Positions 43,435 through 46,207 of a stretch of 46,207 nt of DNA are shown here, one piece after another. How positions within the stretch are numbered: position 1 is the stretch's first letter; each line of letters begins with the position of its first letter. A program made the position numbers and the translations under genes. The notes under the pieces are model-generated. The model was not told the origin of the DNA, did not search any database, and saw only the letters and a list, made by a program, of their open reading frames with translations. Where the stretch lies: contig CAUWGC010000014.1 of the NCBI GenBank assembly GCA_963558405.1, forward strand, positions 1-46,207, read 5' to 3'. The stretch comes from an uncultured Clostridia bacterium. GTDB lineage: Bacteria > Bacillota > Clostridia > TANB77 > CAG-508.

Positions 43435-44365
43435 CTATTCTCTTTCAAAAATTCTTAATTTTGCACTTTTTGATCTTGAATTTATTTCTAATTCTTCATT
43501 ATCTGCTAAGATTGGTTTTTTATTTATTACTCTTCCTAGTTTTTTTGCACCACATACACAATAAGGTAGTATTTTTGGACATTCACATTTTCCTGTAGCT
43601 TTTTCATATGCCCTTTTTACAGCACGATCTTCTAATGAATGGAATGTGATTATACATAACCTTCCTTTTGGATTTAAACAGTCTATACAATCTAAAACGG
43701 TTTTATATAATGGTTCTATTTCATTATTTACTTCTATTCTTATTGCTTGAAAAGTTCTTTTAGCAGGATGGCCATTATTTTGCATTGACTTTGGTATTGA
43801 GCTTTCTATAATAGAAACTAATTCCTTTGTTTTTGTAATTTCTTTTTCTTTTCTATATATGCAAATATTTCTTGCTATTTTCTTTGCAAACTTTTCTTCT
43901 CCATATTCCCATAAAATATTTGCTAGTTTTTCTTCTGAGTACTCATTTACGACATTTTTCGCACTAAATTCCTGCGTTTGGTCCATTCTCATATCTAGGT
44001 CGTTTTCTCCGAGATAACTAAAGCCTCTATTTCTCTCATCTAATTGATAAGATGATACTCCCAAATCTAGTAAAATCCCATCTACTTTTGGAATTTCTAA
44101 TTTATCTAGAATTGATTTAATATCATCATGATTTCCGTGTACAAAAGTAACATTTGAAAATAATTTTAATTTTTCACTTGCAGCCTTTAAAGCCTCTTTA
44201 TCACGGTCAATTCCAATTAATTTTCCTTGTATAGATAGTTTTTTTATAATTTCACTGCTATGACCTGCTCCTCCGTATTGTACCATCTACATATATTCCA
44301 TTTTCTTTTATGTTTAACCCGTCTAACGTTTCTTTTAATAATACGGGAATATGTTTAAATTCCAA
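43435..44365 (-). CDS. rsmH: 16S rRNA m4C1402 methyltransferase, about 309 aa, joined by a +1 shift at CGG (extra C at 44275)
   Basis: TTG start after [30 protein letters not shown] c GGA GGA GCA GGT CAT restores DGTIGGAGH; [15 protein letters not shown]. Confidence 0.93.
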
Positions 44366-44445
44366 GATTCACCTCATAGATTTTCTTTTTAACGATAGCA
44401 TAAGCAGTTGGCACTTTAGACAAATACCAACTGCGATGCTTACTT

Positions 44446-44666
44446 CTTTTGTTTTTTAGTTATTTAATCTTTTGTTTTAGAATTTCTATGTCTTCTTTTG
44501 TATTTATCATATCTTTAGCACTTTAAAATGCTTTTGTTATTTTATAAGTCTTCTTTTGAAATTATCATTCTTTTGTTTTTACTCTCTAATTATTTTATCT
44601 TTTGTTTACCAAACTTTATTTTTTCTTTTGTAATTTTTTCTTTTGTACCCTTTTACTTTCTTTTGT
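44446..44666 (-). repeat. Dispersed array of ten (A)CAAAAG motifs between mraZ and rsmH
   Basis: CTTTTG on + at 44446, 44469, 44495, 44531, 44553, 44570, 44599, 44625, 44640 and 44660. Confidence 0.65.
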
Positions 44667-44709
44667 ATATTAATATTCTTTAGTTTAAATTTATATAAAC
44701 TTTTTCAAG

Positions 44710-45141
44710 TTATATACCAAGCATTGTCATATTTTCTGCTATTTCATCTGCTGAAATATTTTCCTCGTTGCTATAACTTTGCCATCTTTCTTTATTCCAT
44801 ATTTCTAGTCTTGTCCCAACTCCAATAATTACAACGTCTTTTTCTAACCCTGCATATTGTCTTAAATTGGCAGTAATTAAGAATCTTCCTTGTTTATCAA
44901 TTTCACATTCTGTGGCACCTGATAAAAAGAAACGCACAAAATCTCTTGCATTCTTGTTGGTTAGTGGAAGTGTTTTTAACTTTTCTTCAAAGTTTGACCA
45001 TTCTGTTAATGAAAATACAAATAAAGAACTATCTAAACCTTTTGTTACAACAAATGTATCACCTAAATCTTGTTTTAATTTAGCTGGCATAATAAGTCTT
45101 CCTTTTGTATCTATAGAGTGTTCATACTCTCCTATTAACAC
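44710..45141 (-). CDS. mraZ: Transcriptional regulator MraZ
   Basis: [23 protein letters not shown]; 143 aa. Confidence 0.96.
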   Translation of the reverse strand: MLIGEYEHSIDTKGRLIMPAKLKQDLGDTFVVTKGLDSSLFVFSLTEWSNFEEKLKTLPLTNKNARDFVRFFLSGATECEIDKQGRFLITANLRQYAGLEKDVVIIGVGTRLEIWNKERWQSYSNEENISADEIAENMTMLGI

Positions 45142-45167
45142 TTAGTCTCACCTCTTTATATTTTTCT

Positions 45168-45194
45168 ACCACTTTTCACCACTTTGTACCACTT
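45168..45194 (-). promoter_or_regulatory. MraZ-binding repeats
   Basis: AAGTGGT three times at a 10-bp period, downstream of promoter TTGCAT-17-TAAACT (45202-45230). Confidence 0.8.
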
Positions 45195-45255
45195 CATTTA
45201 CAGTTTAATATAAAAATAAAAATAATGCAAGTGTTTTTTGAAAATTTCTTAAATT

Positions 45256-45295
45256 TTTTCCACATTTGCATTATTTTTTTTATTATTTATCCACA
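45256..45295 (+). promoter_or_regulatory. DnaA boxes upstream of the mraZ operon
   Basis: Perfect TTATCCACA at 45287-45295 and one-mismatch TTTTCCACA at 45256-45264. Confidence 0.55.
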
Positions 45296-45305
45296 ATTTA
45301 TACTC

Positions 45306-46055
45306 TTATTTTACTTCTCTACATTTTACAATTACTCTTTTTGAACTATCGTTATTGCATGTAATCAAAGTTACTTCTCTTTTTCCCCTTGTTTCTTGGT
45401 CTGTACAATCTGTATTTTCATTATCTACCATATATTTATCATAAACTTCGTATTTTATAGTATTATCTAATAAATCTGTTATTTCTATAATATCTCCATT
45501 TTCTAATGTTGGAACTTTACTAAAAAACTTAGAATTTAAATAATTGTGTCCTGCTATACATAAATTTCCTACTTCATTTGGATCTGGTCCCCAAAATTTA
45601 CCTGGTGATATTTTTAGTAATGTTTCTGTACAATCAGAAAGTATTGGATAATCTACATCTATTTTTGGAATTTTTATAGTACCTAATACATAATATTGTT
45701 CACCATTACTTGCTGTACGCCACACAATTTTTTCTGATTTTCTTTCTTTTAATATTTCATCAACAGTTTTTTCTTGAATTATTTCTTCTTCGTCTGTTAA
45801 TCCTCTATTATCTCCTAGTGCTACTACAATAACACTGTTTTTTTCCTTGCTAATTGTAGTATCCTCCTGCATATTTGCTAATAATTGTTTTGACACTTGT
45901 TCACTTTTATTTTTATCATACTCTGCATAGATATAATAAGAGAATAATACACAAATAAAAAATGCACATAAACCAAATAATACTTTATAGCCTTTTCTTT
46001 TTTTCTTCATATCTGGTGTAATATATAATTTTTCTGTTACAAGAATTTGATTCAT
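45306..46055 (-). CDS. Sortase-family protein
   Basis: N-terminal TM segment, IKIPKI, IAGHN, TLITC..KR catalytic motif. Confidence 0.88.
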   Translation of the reverse strand: MNQILVTEKLYITPDMKKKRKGYKVLFGLCAFFICVLFSYYIYAEYDKNKSEQVSKQLLANMQEDTTISKEKNSVIVVALGDNRGLTDEEEIIQEKTVDEILKERKSEKIVWRTASNGEQYYVLGTIKIPKIDVDYPILSDCTETLLKISPGKFWGPDPNEVGNLCIAGHNYLNSKFFSKVPTLENGDIIEITDLLDNTIKYEVYDKYMVDNENTDCTDQETRGKREVTLITCNNDSSKRVIVKCREVK

Positions 46056-46207
46056 ACTATTCTCCTTTCCCTCTATTTTACTATTTTATTATACCATATT
46101 TTTTGTTTCTTGAGAATATTTTTTAAAAGAAAAAAGAACATGAATTAGCAAATCGGGAATTTGACACTTTTGAAATATAAAAATCGTTGTAAGCATTATG
46201 AATGCTT

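Overview
AT-rich chromosomal window from a spore-forming Clostridia-like Firmicute (taxonomy inferred from gene content). It holds mostly housekeeping genes: trmFO, a SNF2 helicase, topA, a split dcw cluster, dus, rodA, minDE, cca, a four-subunit 2-oxoacid:ferredoxin oxidoreductase, holB, lepB, a P-type Ca-ATPase, smc and a sortase. Main result: nine genes that look broken in the ORF track (SNF2, topA, a DUF6514-like gene, murG, ftsW twice, mazF, a pilin-like gene, the Ca-ATPase, rsmH) all break at an in-frame CGG codon. Skipping that C gives a Gly codon (GGA/GGT) and restores the full-length protein, often inside a conserved motif. By manual scan, all 10 in-frame CGG codons behave this way, no intact ORF has an in-frame CGG, and about 40 out-of-frame CGG trinucleotides are harmless. 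This points to a recoding rule in which CGG-N is read as Gly with a +1 shift, although a systematic sequencing or assembly error cannot be excluded without reads. Also found: two pilin-like proteins with DGR-type variable C-termini, an (AG)16 phase-variable leader peptide upstream of a terminator, an unannotated type I toxin-antitoxin candidate, a 4x32-bp repeat over the promoter of an AAA/DUF4143 gene, an ACAAAAG motif array between mraZ and rsmH, and an orphan mazF.
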